A stretch of 64,000 nucleotides of DNA, from NCBI GenBank assembly GCA_009859145.1, contig VRVR01000003.1, positions 71,315 through 135,314 on the forward strand. Reading direction: 5' to 3'. This DNA comes from Andalucia godoyi And28. Taxonomy: Eukaryota > Protista > Jakobida. The notes beneath the pieces were generated by a model. The model was not told the origin of the DNA. It ran no database searches and saw nothing but the letters and a program-made list of their open reading frames with translations. Of this stretch, positions 39,495 to 49,474 are shown piece by piece (position 1 is the first letter of the stretch; each line of letters starts with the position of its first letter). Both the position numbers and the translations under genes were made by a program.

Positions 39495-40123
39495 ACTAAG
39501 CACTGTGGTTTGCTGTTTTCGCACAAGCATTGTTTCCCATTTCCATTTCCATTTCCATTTCCATTTCCCCCTGTTTCTTTTGTTCTTGTTTCTTCTTGCC
39601 CTGAGTAAAAAGCAAACCAACCGTCGCGTGGCCGTCGAAGCCCCAGCTTCATAATCCCCCCTCTGTCATTTCTTCTGTCGCATGTAGACATGGTGTCATC
39701 TACACACTACGCTGCATTTTGCGCGTGTCCGTTTGGTGCGTTTCCCGCTGTAACATTCTGTAGGGCGCTCCAATTCGTCGCGGGCCTGATTGACGCATCC
39801 TGACAGGTCGCACCCGTGGTGCGGATCGTTAAGGCCTTTTTTTATTTAAATATTGCAGAAGGACCTAAAGGCATTCTTTGTTCCGCCTTCAGGGTTGATC
39901 ATTTCCCGTTATTTTTTCTTTCTCTTTCTGTCGTTGTTGTGTTGTTGTGCCGTTCTTGTTTTCTCTCTCTCTCTCTCTCTCTTTTCCTCCCTCAGCCTTT
40001 AATCTTTCGCCATCTTTTTTGTCAGCTCTCTTTTTTCCAGCTTCTTCTTCAAGTTGCAGTCGAGTCTTCCGTATCCCAATCTGCAAACGGGAGCGGGCTG
40101 ATTTTTTATTTAAAAAAATTAAC

Positions 40124-43100
40124 ATGACAAAAGACGGGAATGCAGGTTCGTCTATGGATGCCGGCGACCCAACTCGGGGTGCGGAAAATAGCGAGACCGA
40201 GCTGTCTCGAAAGTCCTCTTCAAGGATGATGAAGGGGTCTTCAAATGCTTCTGCAGAGCGTCCTTCCGAAGGGGGGATGGCCAGAACAACGTCTGGAAGA
40301 GATATCAAGACCAAAAAGAATGACGCAAAGGACGAGAGTGCGGACGCTCAGCCGGTGCAAGGCGACACCCCTGGGTCTCCTACTGATCCTGCAGACGATA
40401 TATTTGACGAGGATGTTGTGGAAACTGTCGAGGAACAGAAAATGTCTTTTGAGGAGTCGGATCGAGTCCAAAAGGTCACTCTGCAGCTGTCGAAGCCGTT
40501 TGCGGTGTACGATGATCGAAAGCCATTTTCGTTTGAAGAAGTGTATCCTTCAGCGAAGCCGGATGTTGCTCAGTTTGACTATCGCAGTTGGATGCTGGAC
40601 AACAATATCCCCGTGGTGGAAGAGCCGCAAAAAGGCATGGAGCCGCAGGAAATGGACATGAATGCATATTTATCTCGACGCGGATCTGCAAAGTGCTACA
40701 ATTACGCTCCGACATACGCGAACACTGCGGCGTTTTTCCCATTGCGGAACCCAGAGCAAATTAGTGTTTCGGAAAAGGTCGTCTCATTCCAACAGCTGTT
40801 CCAAGTCCGCCCAGAGACGATTTCCATGATCTTTCTTGAAAACTTCCGTTTGGAAGGACACCCGCGAAGACAGTTTGCCCAGCAGCTGGCATACTTTTCC
40901 AGGGCGGAAATTGTGATTCTGAGGAACCTCGCGCTGAACCGCGTAGATGATTTCCACTTGGCTGGAGTGCGGTACCTGGATTTGTCTTACAATATGCTAC
41001 AAGAGCCTCAGAAAGTTGGAATGTTGCTCACTCGGTGCACGTATTTGGAGCATTTGTCTGTTGCCAATAACCCTCTTATGCAGGTTCCACAATGGAGGCT
41101 CATCATCCTTGCAGCAAATCCGCACCTGCAGACAATCAATTCCCAGAAAGTGTCGCTCCGAGAACGGATCTCTGCTGTCGAAAAATACGGCGCTAAAGAC
41201 ATGCGGCAGCAGATTGGATTTCTCAAATGGGATTGGTGCATCTGCGCGGCAGCACTGCAGTTGAATTTGCCGAAATGGGATCCGCTGGCGATCACGAAGC
41301 TGACTTTGATGTCTGTTGGACTGTCGGAAATCCACGTCGGAAACTTTCGTGCGTTGCGCTTTCTCGATGTCTCCAAGAATGAAATTGCAACCTTGGAGCA
41401 TTCTGGGTTGGAGTATTGCGACTCCCTCGTTGAAATCAACTTGGCAGAAAACTTGCTCAGTTCGAAAGAGGAGTTTTCTGTATTTCCGCTGGTGCCATCG
41501 CTGCAAAAGGTCTGGTTGGCAGGCAATAAGTATGACCCACAAGTGTATCGTCGCAAGCTTTTATATGAATGCATTAATCTGAGAGGATCGAATCGTGCGC
41601 TTGGACTGCAAGAGATTGATGGAATTCCTGTCACACATGCAGAGCGCGTTGATGCACTTCGCAAGTACTCTGGGCTTCCGGACGATCGCGTTGATCTTCT
41701 TGCGTGGTCATACGTGTTGATCGCTGAATTTGGCCATTTTCAACTCCGCATGATTCCAAATTTCTTAGATTGCATTGTCAAGTTAGTCATCACAGAGCGC
41801 AGCATTGGTTCTGCAGATCTGTCGGCGCTTCGAAATTTGCAGGTCTTGGATCTTTCGCAGAATGACATGGGCTCCATCAGCGGATTGCAACATTGCGGTC
41901 AACTCAGATATTTGGATTTATCCCTGAATCCTCGACTGAAACTGGAGACAATTATGAACAAACAACTAAAGTCTACATCGGCTCTTGAGCACGTGTTGTT
42001 TGTCTCCGATGCAAGGATTTATGAGGCCAATGTTGCTGGAGTCGACGAGTACAGAGTGAATGTCTTGGCATCGCTGATGAAGAGTCACCGATATCTGAAA
42101 TCCATCGATTTCATCCCGATAACCGTTTCCGAGCGTAAGAGAGCAATGATCATGCGCAAAGCGACTCCAGCAGAGGCGAATATCTATGCATTCCATTGTT
42201 CTGTCGTTGATTCTCTTGCAAACTCCAACGCATCGAAAAAGTATTCGTTCCACCCGGACGACGTCTTGCCTGGGAAGCAGTACGATCCAGCGACCATTCT
42301 CGAGATCCACGCCTCTGATCTGTCTTTGAACTCAGAAGATGTTGACTTTACTCCCTTTTCGAAGATTCAAAGAATCTGCATCTCGCAGAACAAGCTCTCG
42401 GATGTGTTTAGCATTGGTCTGCGGAGCTGTTTGGATATGCGAATCCTTGATGTTTCGTCGAATCAGATCAAGTGTTCTGCCGAGGATTTGGGAAAGTTTT
42501 TGAATCAGTTCGAGCATTTGGAGGTTTTTGCAGTTCGCGGCAATCCAGTCGTCTCAAAAGCTGCCGATCGTGCCCGGTTGATTGGATCCATCGAGCGCAT
42601 GCAAAGGATTGATTGTAGTTTCCGCGTCGTCGATTCCATCGTGACTGCCTCTGAGCGGGTCGCTGCTTGGAGAACTGCTGGCATGTCCGAAGATCAGTGT
42701 GAAGACCTTCGCTGGCAAGCGACTCTGTTCCAGCGAAGACCGCAGGATCTGAAACCAGAGGAAGTTCTCGAGCTCGACTTGTCGAATGCCGACTTGCGAA
42801 AAGTTGATTTGTCAGGATTCCGCAGTTTGGAGGTTCTCTCTCTGCGTTCCAACCATCTCACCACCTGGAAGAATATGGGATTCGAGAATCTGAAGAGACT
42901 GAAAGCACTGGATCTCCGGGACAACGAATTCAAGACAGCAGAGGATCTCGCTTCAGTTACGAAGTATTTGCCGTCTCTGCAGGCCCTTGGTGTCTCCGGC
43001 AACAACTTCAAGTCAAAAAGCTTTCGCGAAGAAGTTATCCGTGCAATTCCTGCACTTCGGGAAGTGAATTGCTCCATCTATTTGTTGGATGACGATGAAA

Positions 43101-46100
43101 TCACCGTTGACGAAATGGTCTCTGCTTTGAACACTGGGTCTAAAGGTCTGAAAATCAAAGGAGATTTGGAAAAATTCCGTTTTGAAGCAACCGTGTTTCG
43201 GCGAACTTCTCGTTCTCTGGCGCCTGCAGAAGTCACTGCTTTGGATCTCTCCGATTGCAAGATTTCGTACCTTGATCTGAAAGCTTTTACGGGTCTGAAG
43301 AAGTTGTCGCTGAGAAACAATCGTGTCCGGTCGAAGCACTTGGTGCAAGCAGGCTTTCGGTCTCTTGTCCATCTTGAAGCTCTCGATATCGGTGATAATC
43401 TCGTAGAAGACATGCGGGTTTGTGCTGAAATTGCGGATTTTCTACCCAAGTTGAACATGATTTTCATCAACGGAAATCCGGGCTACATCCAGAGTGGAAC
43501 AAAAGAAATACATCGCCGAGTCCGATTTCTCGCAAGAATGTCGCAGACTGCGAATGTCGGCGCACCTCTTCGCATTCTCAACGGTCGAGATATTTCGCCG
43601 CATGAAAGGTGCGAGGCTGTGCGTTCTCTCCGCAGTCCTCTTGAGTTGGAAGAGCTTCGCATGAGACTCATCATTGAGGAAAAAGATTTGATCTTCAAGT
43701 CGAGCGAGAACATTGACATTTCGCAGTGCCGATTGCAAATCATCACACCACTGATGGCGTTCAAGCAGATTACAGTGCTCGATTTGTCTTCCAACTTTTT
43801 GTCTACGTTGCAGCATCAGGGTCTCCGTTTTCTGCCAAATCTTCGCGTTCTCTCCGTGGAAAAGAATCGGCTTGGATCAATGGAAGAAACAATGGACGAA
43901 TTGCAGCAGTGTCATCAACTTCGGATCCTGTTCCTGAACAAGGCTGGACCGTTTTTCCAAAGTCCCGAGAACTATTCACAGATCGTTTTTGAGCGTCTTC
44001 GTGGCTTGGAGTCTTTGGATGATATTACGAATCCTATGCCGTTAACGAAGCAACAGTGGCTGGCGGTGTCGTATCTCACTTCTCGATTTGGTGTTGGACC
44101 CAATGCGCTGCACAGCATTGACCTTCGACACAGAAACATTCCTGTGAAGGAACTCTGGGCCATCGCCATGGCCCTTGCAGACTTGCGGACGGAGCTGACA
44201 GACCCTGCGGACCCCTCTCTAACCAAGACGTACGGTCCTACGAAACTGTGGCTTCGTGACGGTAACTTCACGGATGGGTATGTCTCAGAGTACAGATTCT
44301 TGCTTGTCTACAAGATATCCACGCTCTTGGAACTTGATTCGCTTGCAATTTCTCTCGACGAACGAGCGAATGCCACCAAGCGAATGAAGGGAGTTCTTGG
44401 AGATGGAAAATCAGACAAGCTGACTCTCGCCGCCGTTTCCGTTTCCGAACAAGTCGTGATGACTGGTGTGACAATTGGGACGTTTGTTTCTGCGGCAGAT
44501 GCTTCGGGATCAAGTACGTCGGGTTCAACGAATGAGGTCACTGGCGTGAATGTTGACTATACTTATATTGCCCAGAATGCCGATAACATCAAGTTTTTCC
44601 AAGATCTGAAAGTAGCTATTGCAGAGTCCACCGTTGCTGTAGAGTCCACAGGAACTTTGCTGTCGAAGATTGAAATTGTCATCAACTTCTTCCAAATTCT
44701 AGCGCTGATCCTCTCTCTCGATGTTGCCTGGCCGTCGTTGTTCAGCGTATGCTTCAGCTGGTCGCTTGCACTGAATCTCTCTCTCGACACGTTCATTCCT
44801 CAAGTTTCTGTTGCCGGGCAATATTCTCAATTCTTTGGTATCATGTTCGGGCCTGTTGTATTTTTCACAATATATAAGCTGAATTTCAACAAGGACAATT
44901 GGTGGTCTGCGTATGTAACCCACTGGACGAGGACAAGGTTCAAATACTTTGGACTCTGGTTACTGGGGGTTATTCTGGCGGCAATCATTATTGTGCTGGC
45001 GATTCCAGATGACCGTTCGAGAGTTGCCTCTGGAAAGATGGTAACTTCCAACGCGCTGATTGTCTGGGGGTATTCTTCCGCGGGTGTCACTTTCATCCTC
45101 TTGATATTCCTGCTGAATGCTTGGAATTTCCGCCGACACCGGTCTGATGACGGTTACTGGATGAAGGTGTACAATCGTTGGAGACAGCGCATTGGACTGT
45201 TCTTGTTGACGGTATACTACATGCCCGTTTCTCGAACCATTCTGCTGGTTTACAAGTGCTCTGGTAGCAGTCTGTACCTGTTCAGCGATTTAAGCTGTCC
45301 CGAATTTTCGAATCCTGGAACGTACCCTTGGGTTTTCTATGTTGGTTTGTTTTTCTTTTTCTTGTACATTGTCGGAGTTCCCGTATTTTTCGGACTTTTG
45401 ATTTTCCGAGGAGTCAAAGAAGTGGAAACAAATCACGGGTTCGCATTTGACGACCAACAGCTGAAACAGCTGCTGGCAGATCTTAAGAAGGACAAGAAGA
45501 ATAAGAATTTGAGGCAGCGCGTCGTCCAGAAACGGCGAGCGATTGCGAACAAGTATGCGGATGCAGTTGTGAACTGGCGTTCGGCGTCTTCGTATTTGTT
45601 CTCGTCCTATGAAAGAGGGAACAAGTATTCAAAGATTATTCAGATGATGATGAAGTTGGCGCTCTTGGTCGTGACGATTTTCGTTGGCATCGGCGCATTC
45701 CAACCGCTTGTCGCATTCTGTATCATTGGCTTTTTCCTCATTCTGAATAGTGTTCGCAGACCAATGGCGGATGATCTGGAAGATGTGATGGATCTCGTGG
45801 CCCAGTTTTCCAACTTCTTGACAGCAGTTATTGGATATCTGCTGATCACAAACCAGTTTCCTTCTGATCTTGACGCGGATCTGACCCTCGTCATTATTAA
45901 CTCCGCCAACTGTGCGCATATGCTAGCCCATTTCCTCATTTATCCTGTGCGGACGTGTCTGGCTGCTCGAGAGAAGGTCAAGGCCACTGCAAAGGCTCGC
46001 GAGTCCGTCCAGTCGCTTGGAAGAGATGTGGAAGCTCCGGACTTGTCAGAAGCCGCAGACGCTGCCGAAACTGCAGAATCCACGGAATTGCCTTCCATCT

Positions 46101-46642
46101 CTGTTCCCGATGCTCAGGACGTGTCTGCATCGGGAGATAATAGCTCTGCATCTTCCGGAGGTAACGCTGCCAGCTCAGTATCATCGGACATTGCTGCTGG
46201 ATCTGCGGACATCGCCGCTGGATCTGCAGATGTCATCAGCGGTGCCACAGATGTGGCATCTGTGGTGGTTGAGGAAGTCGCCGAAGTTGCTCGTGCCGCG
46301 GATTCGGTCCTGGATAGCGCGCAGGAGGAGCTTCTGAAAGAATCCCAAAATGCCCTGGAGAATTCCAATACCGACACCGGGGCGTCCAATTCGGAAATGG
46401 CGGCCGCAAGCGCCATTGGCATAGGCGGTGTTGGTGCAGCTGTGGCCTTCCAAACGGACACGGGAAAGAGACTCAAGGAAAAGGAAAAGCAAGAAGCTGC
46501 CGCTGCTGATGCGACACCTGCAGCACTCACAGCACCTTCGCGTCCGACGTTAGAACCAATTGTGACAGAGTTTGCAACTCCTTCGGCACCAATATCCCCC
46601 GTGCCTGGTATGTACGCAGTGGATGACGACTATGAAGAGTAA
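40124..46642 (+). CDS. Large LRR protein (repeated LRR+LRRcap modules) with a C-terminal multi-pass membrane domain
   Basis: Many L..LDLS.N.L motifs grouped into modules ending in NP...R...L..LD/ID..ER..A. About 7-8 TM helices follow, starting KIEIVINFFQILALI...WP. Confidence 0.9.
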   Translation: MTKDGNAGSSMDAGDPTRGAENSETELSRKSSSRMMKGSSNASAERPSEGGMARTTSGRDIKTKKNDAKDESADAQPVQGDTPGSPTDPADDIFDEDVVETVEEQKMSFEESDRVQKVTLQLSKPFAVYDDRKPFSFEEVYPSAKPDVAQFDYRSWMLDNNIPVVEEPQKGMEPQEMDMNAYLSRRGSAKCYNYAPTYANTAAFFPLRNPEQISVSEKVVSFQQLFQVRPETISMIFLENFRLEGHPRRQFAQQLAYFSRAEIVILRNLALNRVDDFHLAGVRYLDLSYNMLQEPQKVGMLLTRCTYLEHLSVANNPLMQVPQWRLIILAANPHLQTINSQKVSLRERISAVEKYGAKDMRQQIGFLKWDWCICAAALQLNLPKWDPLAITKLTLMSVGLSEIHVGNFRALRFLDVSKNEIATLEHSGLEYCDSLVEINLAENLLSSKEEFSVFPLVPSLQKVWLAGNKYDPQVYRRKLLYECINLRGSNRALGLQEIDGIPVTHAERVDALRKYSGLPDDRVDLLAWSYVLIAEFGHFQLRMIPNFLDCIVKLVITERSIGSADLSALRNLQVLDLSQNDMGSISGLQHCGQLRYLDLSLNPRLKLETIMNKQLKSTSALEHVLFVSDARIYEANVAGVDEYRVNVLASLMKSHRYLKSIDFIPITVSERKRAMIMRKATPAEANIYAFHCSVVDSLANSNASKKYSFHPDDVLPGKQYDPATILEIHASDLSLNSEDVDFTPFSKIQRICISQNKLSDVFSIGLRSCLDMRILDVSSNQIKCSAEDLGKFLNQFEHLEVFAVRGNPVVSKAADRARLIGSIERMQRIDCSFRVVDSIVTASERVAAWRTAGMSEDQCEDLRWQATLFQRRPQDLKPEEVLELDLSNADLRKVDLSGFRSLEVLSLRSNHLTTWKNMGFENLKRLKALDLRDNEFKTAEDLASVTKYLPSLQALGVSGNNFKSKSFREEVIRAIPALREVNCSIYLLDDDEITVDEMVSALNTGSKGLKIKGDLEKFRFEATVFRRTSRSLAPAEVTALDLSDCKISYLDLKAFTGLKKLSLRNNRVRSKHLVQAGFRSLVHLEALDIGDNLVEDMRVCAEIADFLPKLNMIFINGNPGYIQSGTKEIHRRVRFLARMSQTANVGAPLRILNGRDISPHERCEAVRSLRSPLELEELRMRLIIEEKDLIFKSSENIDISQCRLQIITPLMAFKQITVLDLSSNFLSTLQHQGLRFLPNLRVLSVEKNRLGSMEETMDELQQCHQLRILFLNKAGPFFQSPENYSQIVFERLRGLESLDDITNPMPLTKQQWLAVSYLTSRFGVGPNALHSIDLRHRNIPVKELWAIAMALADLRTELTDPADPSLTKTYGPTKLWLRDGNFTDGYVSEYRFLLVYKISTLLELDSLAISLDERANATKRMKGVLGDGKSDKLTLAAVSVSEQVVMTGVTIGTFVSAADASGSSTSGSTNEVTGVNVDYTYIAQNADNIKFFQDLKVAIAESTVAVESTGTLLSKIEIVINFFQILALILSLDVAWPSLFSVCFSWSLALNLSLDTFIPQVSVAGQYSQFFGIMFGPVVFFTIYKLNFNKDNWWSAYVTHWTRTRFKYFGLWLLGVILAAIIIVLAIPDDRSRVASGKMVTSNALIVWGYSSAGVTFILLIFLLNAWNFRRHRSDDGYWMKVYNRWRQRIGLFLLTVYYMPVSRTILLVYKCSGSSLYLFSDLSCPEFSNPGTYPWVFYVGLFFFFLYIVGVPVFFGLLIFRGVKEVETNHGFAFDDQQLKQLLADLKKDKKNKNLRQRVVQKRRAIANKYADAVVNWRSASSYLFSSYERGNKYSKIIQMMMKLALLVVTIFVGIGAFQPLVAFCIIGFFLILNSVRRPMADDLEDVMDLVAQFSNFLTAVIGYLLITNQFPSDLDADLTLVIINSANCAHMLAHFLIYPVRTCLAAREKVKATAKARESVQSLGRDVEAPDLSEAADAAETAESTELPSISVPDAQDVSASGDNSSASSGGNAASSVSSDIAAGSADIAAGSADVISGATDVASVVVEEVAEVARAADSVLDSAQEELLKESQNALENSNTDTGASNSEMAAASAIGIGGVGAAVAFQTDTGKRLKEKEKQEAAAADATPAALTAPSRPTLEPIVTEFATPSAPISPVPGMYAVDDDYEE

Positions 46643-46728
46643 TCTTTGTATTTTTTCCTGCAACGAAAATTTGTTCTGTCTATGTTTTTTTCTTTTTTTT
46701 TCCCCCTTCTGTGTGATTGTGTGATTGG

Positions 46729-46759
<31 letters not shown>

Positions 46760-47130
46760 CCCATTATTGTAAACGATGGAATAAAATGGTCATTCCATAC
46801 TGCTTGCGCAAAGGTCACTACTCTTTATCCTCGCTTCCGTCGACTGTAACACTTCCCGCTCTCCGCCTCGCAAAGATTCGGCGCCAAAAAAAGAGTCCAA
46901 TTCTCTCAAATCTGAGCTTTCAAACGCGATCCTTCATTCTTTATTTTCCCCTTTGTATTTTTTGTATTTTAATATTTAAATCGCAAAGTACAAACTTCAA
47001 ACTATTAACCTTTTTGATCTCACTTCTCCAAAAGCAAGAAAAAAAAAGAAAAGAAAAGAAAAGGGAAACAAACAAACCAAAAAAAAACACAAAAAAAACA
47101 GCTATTGAAAATCACAGAAGAGCGACTATT

Positions 47131-49035
47131 ATGGTAACGATTTGTGCTGTTTCTCCCCAGCAGTTCCAGCTTTGCCGATGCCGACTTGTGGACGGAGGGT
47201 TTTACGATGAAAACCACATTGTGAACGTTCATCTCCAGAAAGTTTGCTACGATGACGACACACTCTCCGTGTCGACTGAAGGCGGCTCTATGGAAGCATT
47301 CCCTGTTTCGTCTCTGCTGTTTTATCGAGACAGCGCATCTCCGGAGAGATGTGTTTTTGAGATTCACCACAAATTGGAAGGGTGTTCAGATGCCGTCGAC
47401 GATGTGGAGGCACTTCGTCTTACTTTTAAGAAGCCTTTCCCAAGTTCGGAACTCAGATGCCTGCTCTCTGAACTCAGAGGCAGTTTTACTCCATCGCCTT
47501 TCAAACCGAAGACCAAACCGTCGTCGCCTGCACGGGCCTTTTCGACTCCACGCAAGAATCGAGCTGGAAACAACAACGGCAACAATGACGGCGGCAACAA
47601 CAACAGCAACAGCAACAGCAATAGTGACGCAAACCGTGATGGAAACAGCAAGGACGAAGTCGGTACTCCGAAGACTGCGCGGGGGGAGCCGAAGCCACTG
47701 CTGGCAAAATTGGAAGAAGCACTGGAAAGGGACTCCGCAAACAAACGCACAAGCGTCGAGACGTTGAAAAAGCAAAAAACCTTGTCGTTTTCAGCATCGC
47801 ATTTTCACAGTGGAAATGCAGCCTCCAAGCGAGCCTCCTCCCTTGTTGCAATGGCTCAGGCGCAGATTTCTGGTTCTCCAGCTCCTCCCCGACGACCTGC
47901 GGCCCCGCTACCAGCATTGCCGCTACCACAGGCGTATTCCTCTGACAATGAAGAGGGCAGTTCAACCGAAGGCGAGCCGGTGTTTCCAGAGAAAAAGTGG
48001 GTGTCTGAAAAAACCACGACGTCTTTTCGACGATTTTTCAACAAAGATGAGCGTACGGCTGCAAAGACAACAGAATCTTCTCGGAGCGGTCTTCGAAATG
48101 GTGGCAACAAGTGCTACGTCAACTCCATCATGCAGTGCATTTCTGTGCTTTCTGTTTTCACGAGCGAATTGTCGGTGTTCGTCCGCGAACCGATTGAGGA
48201 TGACGGCGAACACTTTTCGAAAGGGCAGAGTTTTGCGAAAACTCTGCTGGAGTTGTTCCAATCGCTAAACACGGTGCAAAATGGTCAGCTGTTGGACGCG
48301 CACGCTGTGCATCTCGAAGTGTGCGATCGGTTCGAGGACTTCACAGGAAATGAGCAACAAGATGCCTCCGAGTTTTTCTTGGCTTGTTTGGAGTCACTGA
48401 ACACAATGAAGGGAAAGCCGACAGACGTTGCTCCTGTCAAGGTCTTCCAAGGGCAGTGGAGAACCGAAATTGAATGCCATTCTTGCAGAACAAGAGACTC
48501 CAACCGACCGCTGGAGTCCTTTTTGATGTGGCCAGTGAATATCTTGCGCAAACAAGAAGCCGACCGTGACTGGGATATTTCTGAGCTTCTCGCATGCAGT
48601 TGCACTCCTGAAGAAGTGGAACGAACCTGCGGCTTTTGTGGCGGTACTGTCGCTTCCAAATCCAGTGCTGTGGAGTATCCGCCAAAGGTCCTGGCTGTTC
48701 AGTTGAAACGTTTCTTCACCAACTCCAGTTCTAATGGAATCGTTAAAATGTATCGAAGGAACGATGGCGTCCGCTACGCGAAAGAACTCACGCTACCCTC
48801 GCACCCCGATTGCAAGTACGAGCTCAGATCAGTGCTGTATCACTTTGGAAAGTTTGATTCCGGCCACTACACTGCCGATGTCCTGGCGGGTGGACAGTGG
48901 TGGAACTGCAACGACAGCTATACCCAACCAATCGCGGAATCCGAGGTCTTCGATGTTGAAAAGCGAGTCGCGGTCTTTATGTTGTTCTACGAAAAGGTTG
49001 AATCGCCCATGAGAGAAATCACCGAACTCTGTTGA
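47131..49035 (+). CDS. Ubiquitin carboxyl-terminal hydrolase (USP/C19 family)
   Basis: Cys box GLRNGGNKCYVNSIMQC, QQDASEFF, LAVQLKRF and His box HFGKFDSGHY...WWNCND. Confidence 0.92.
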   Translation: MVTICAVSPQQFQLCRCRLVDGGFYDENHIVNVHLQKVCYDDDTLSVSTEGGSMEAFPVSSLLFYRDSASPERCVFEIHHKLEGCSDAVDDVEALRLTFKKPFPSSELRCLLSELRGSFTPSPFKPKTKPSSPARAFSTPRKNRAGNNNGNNDGGNNNSNSNSNSDANRDGNSKDEVGTPKTARGEPKPLLAKLEEALERDSANKRTSVETLKKQKTLSFSASHFHSGNAASKRASSLVAMAQAQISGSPAPPRRPAAPLPALPLPQAYSSDNEEGSSTEGEPVFPEKKWVSEKTTTSFRRFFNKDERTAAKTTESSRSGLRNGGNKCYVNSIMQCISVLSVFTSELSVFVREPIEDDGEHFSKGQSFAKTLLELFQSLNTVQNGQLLDAHAVHLEVCDRFEDFTGNEQQDASEFFLACLESLNTMKGKPTDVAPVKVFQGQWRTEIECHSCRTRDSNRPLESFLMWPVNILRKQEADRDWDISELLACSCTPEEVERTCGFCGGTVASKSSAVEYPPKVLAVQLKRFFTNSSSNGIVKMYRRNDGVRYAKELTLPSHPDCKYELRSVLYHFGKFDSGHYTADVLAGGQWWNCNDSYTQPIAESEVFDVEKRVAVFMLFYEKVESPMREITELC

Positions 49036-49379
49036 GCTTCACTCTTTCGATGGTCGTTTTCAGACTCTGTATAGTAAAATCTCCCCCATGAAATAAAATC
49101 ACATCGTCTCTCCTCATCGACACATTCTTGGCTGTTTTTTTCTCCTTCTTTTGGCGTTGTGCGCATCGAAAAGTTGCAGCGTCATACTCTCCATCTTCTG
49201 CCCGATTGGAATGGGATGGAATTTCCAAACTTGGAAAATTCCCGCCAAAACAAACCTATTTCGCTTCCACCACATTTCCGACTTTAATTTCATTTTTTCT
49301 TTCTGCCAAGCATTTTTCTTCTTCTTTTTGCACCCACATAGGTCTTTCTTTTTCGTATCAATGTTATAAGAACCTCGCA

Positions 49380-49383
<4 letters not shown>

Positions 49384-49467
<84 letters not shown>
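49384..49467. repeat. (GT)n(GA)n compound microsatellite immediately upstream of the HLTF ATG
   Basis: Read directly. Confidence 0.95.
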
Positions 49468-49472
<5 letters not shown>

Positions 49473-49474
49473 GA

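Noticed and set aside
46717-47130. Upstream extensions of ORFs (USP, LRR, YJU2, ATG17, TM9SF) given in the ORF track
   Set aside because: They start at non-ATG codons and run through microsatellite or poly-A/T leader sequence. The downstream ATG was used.
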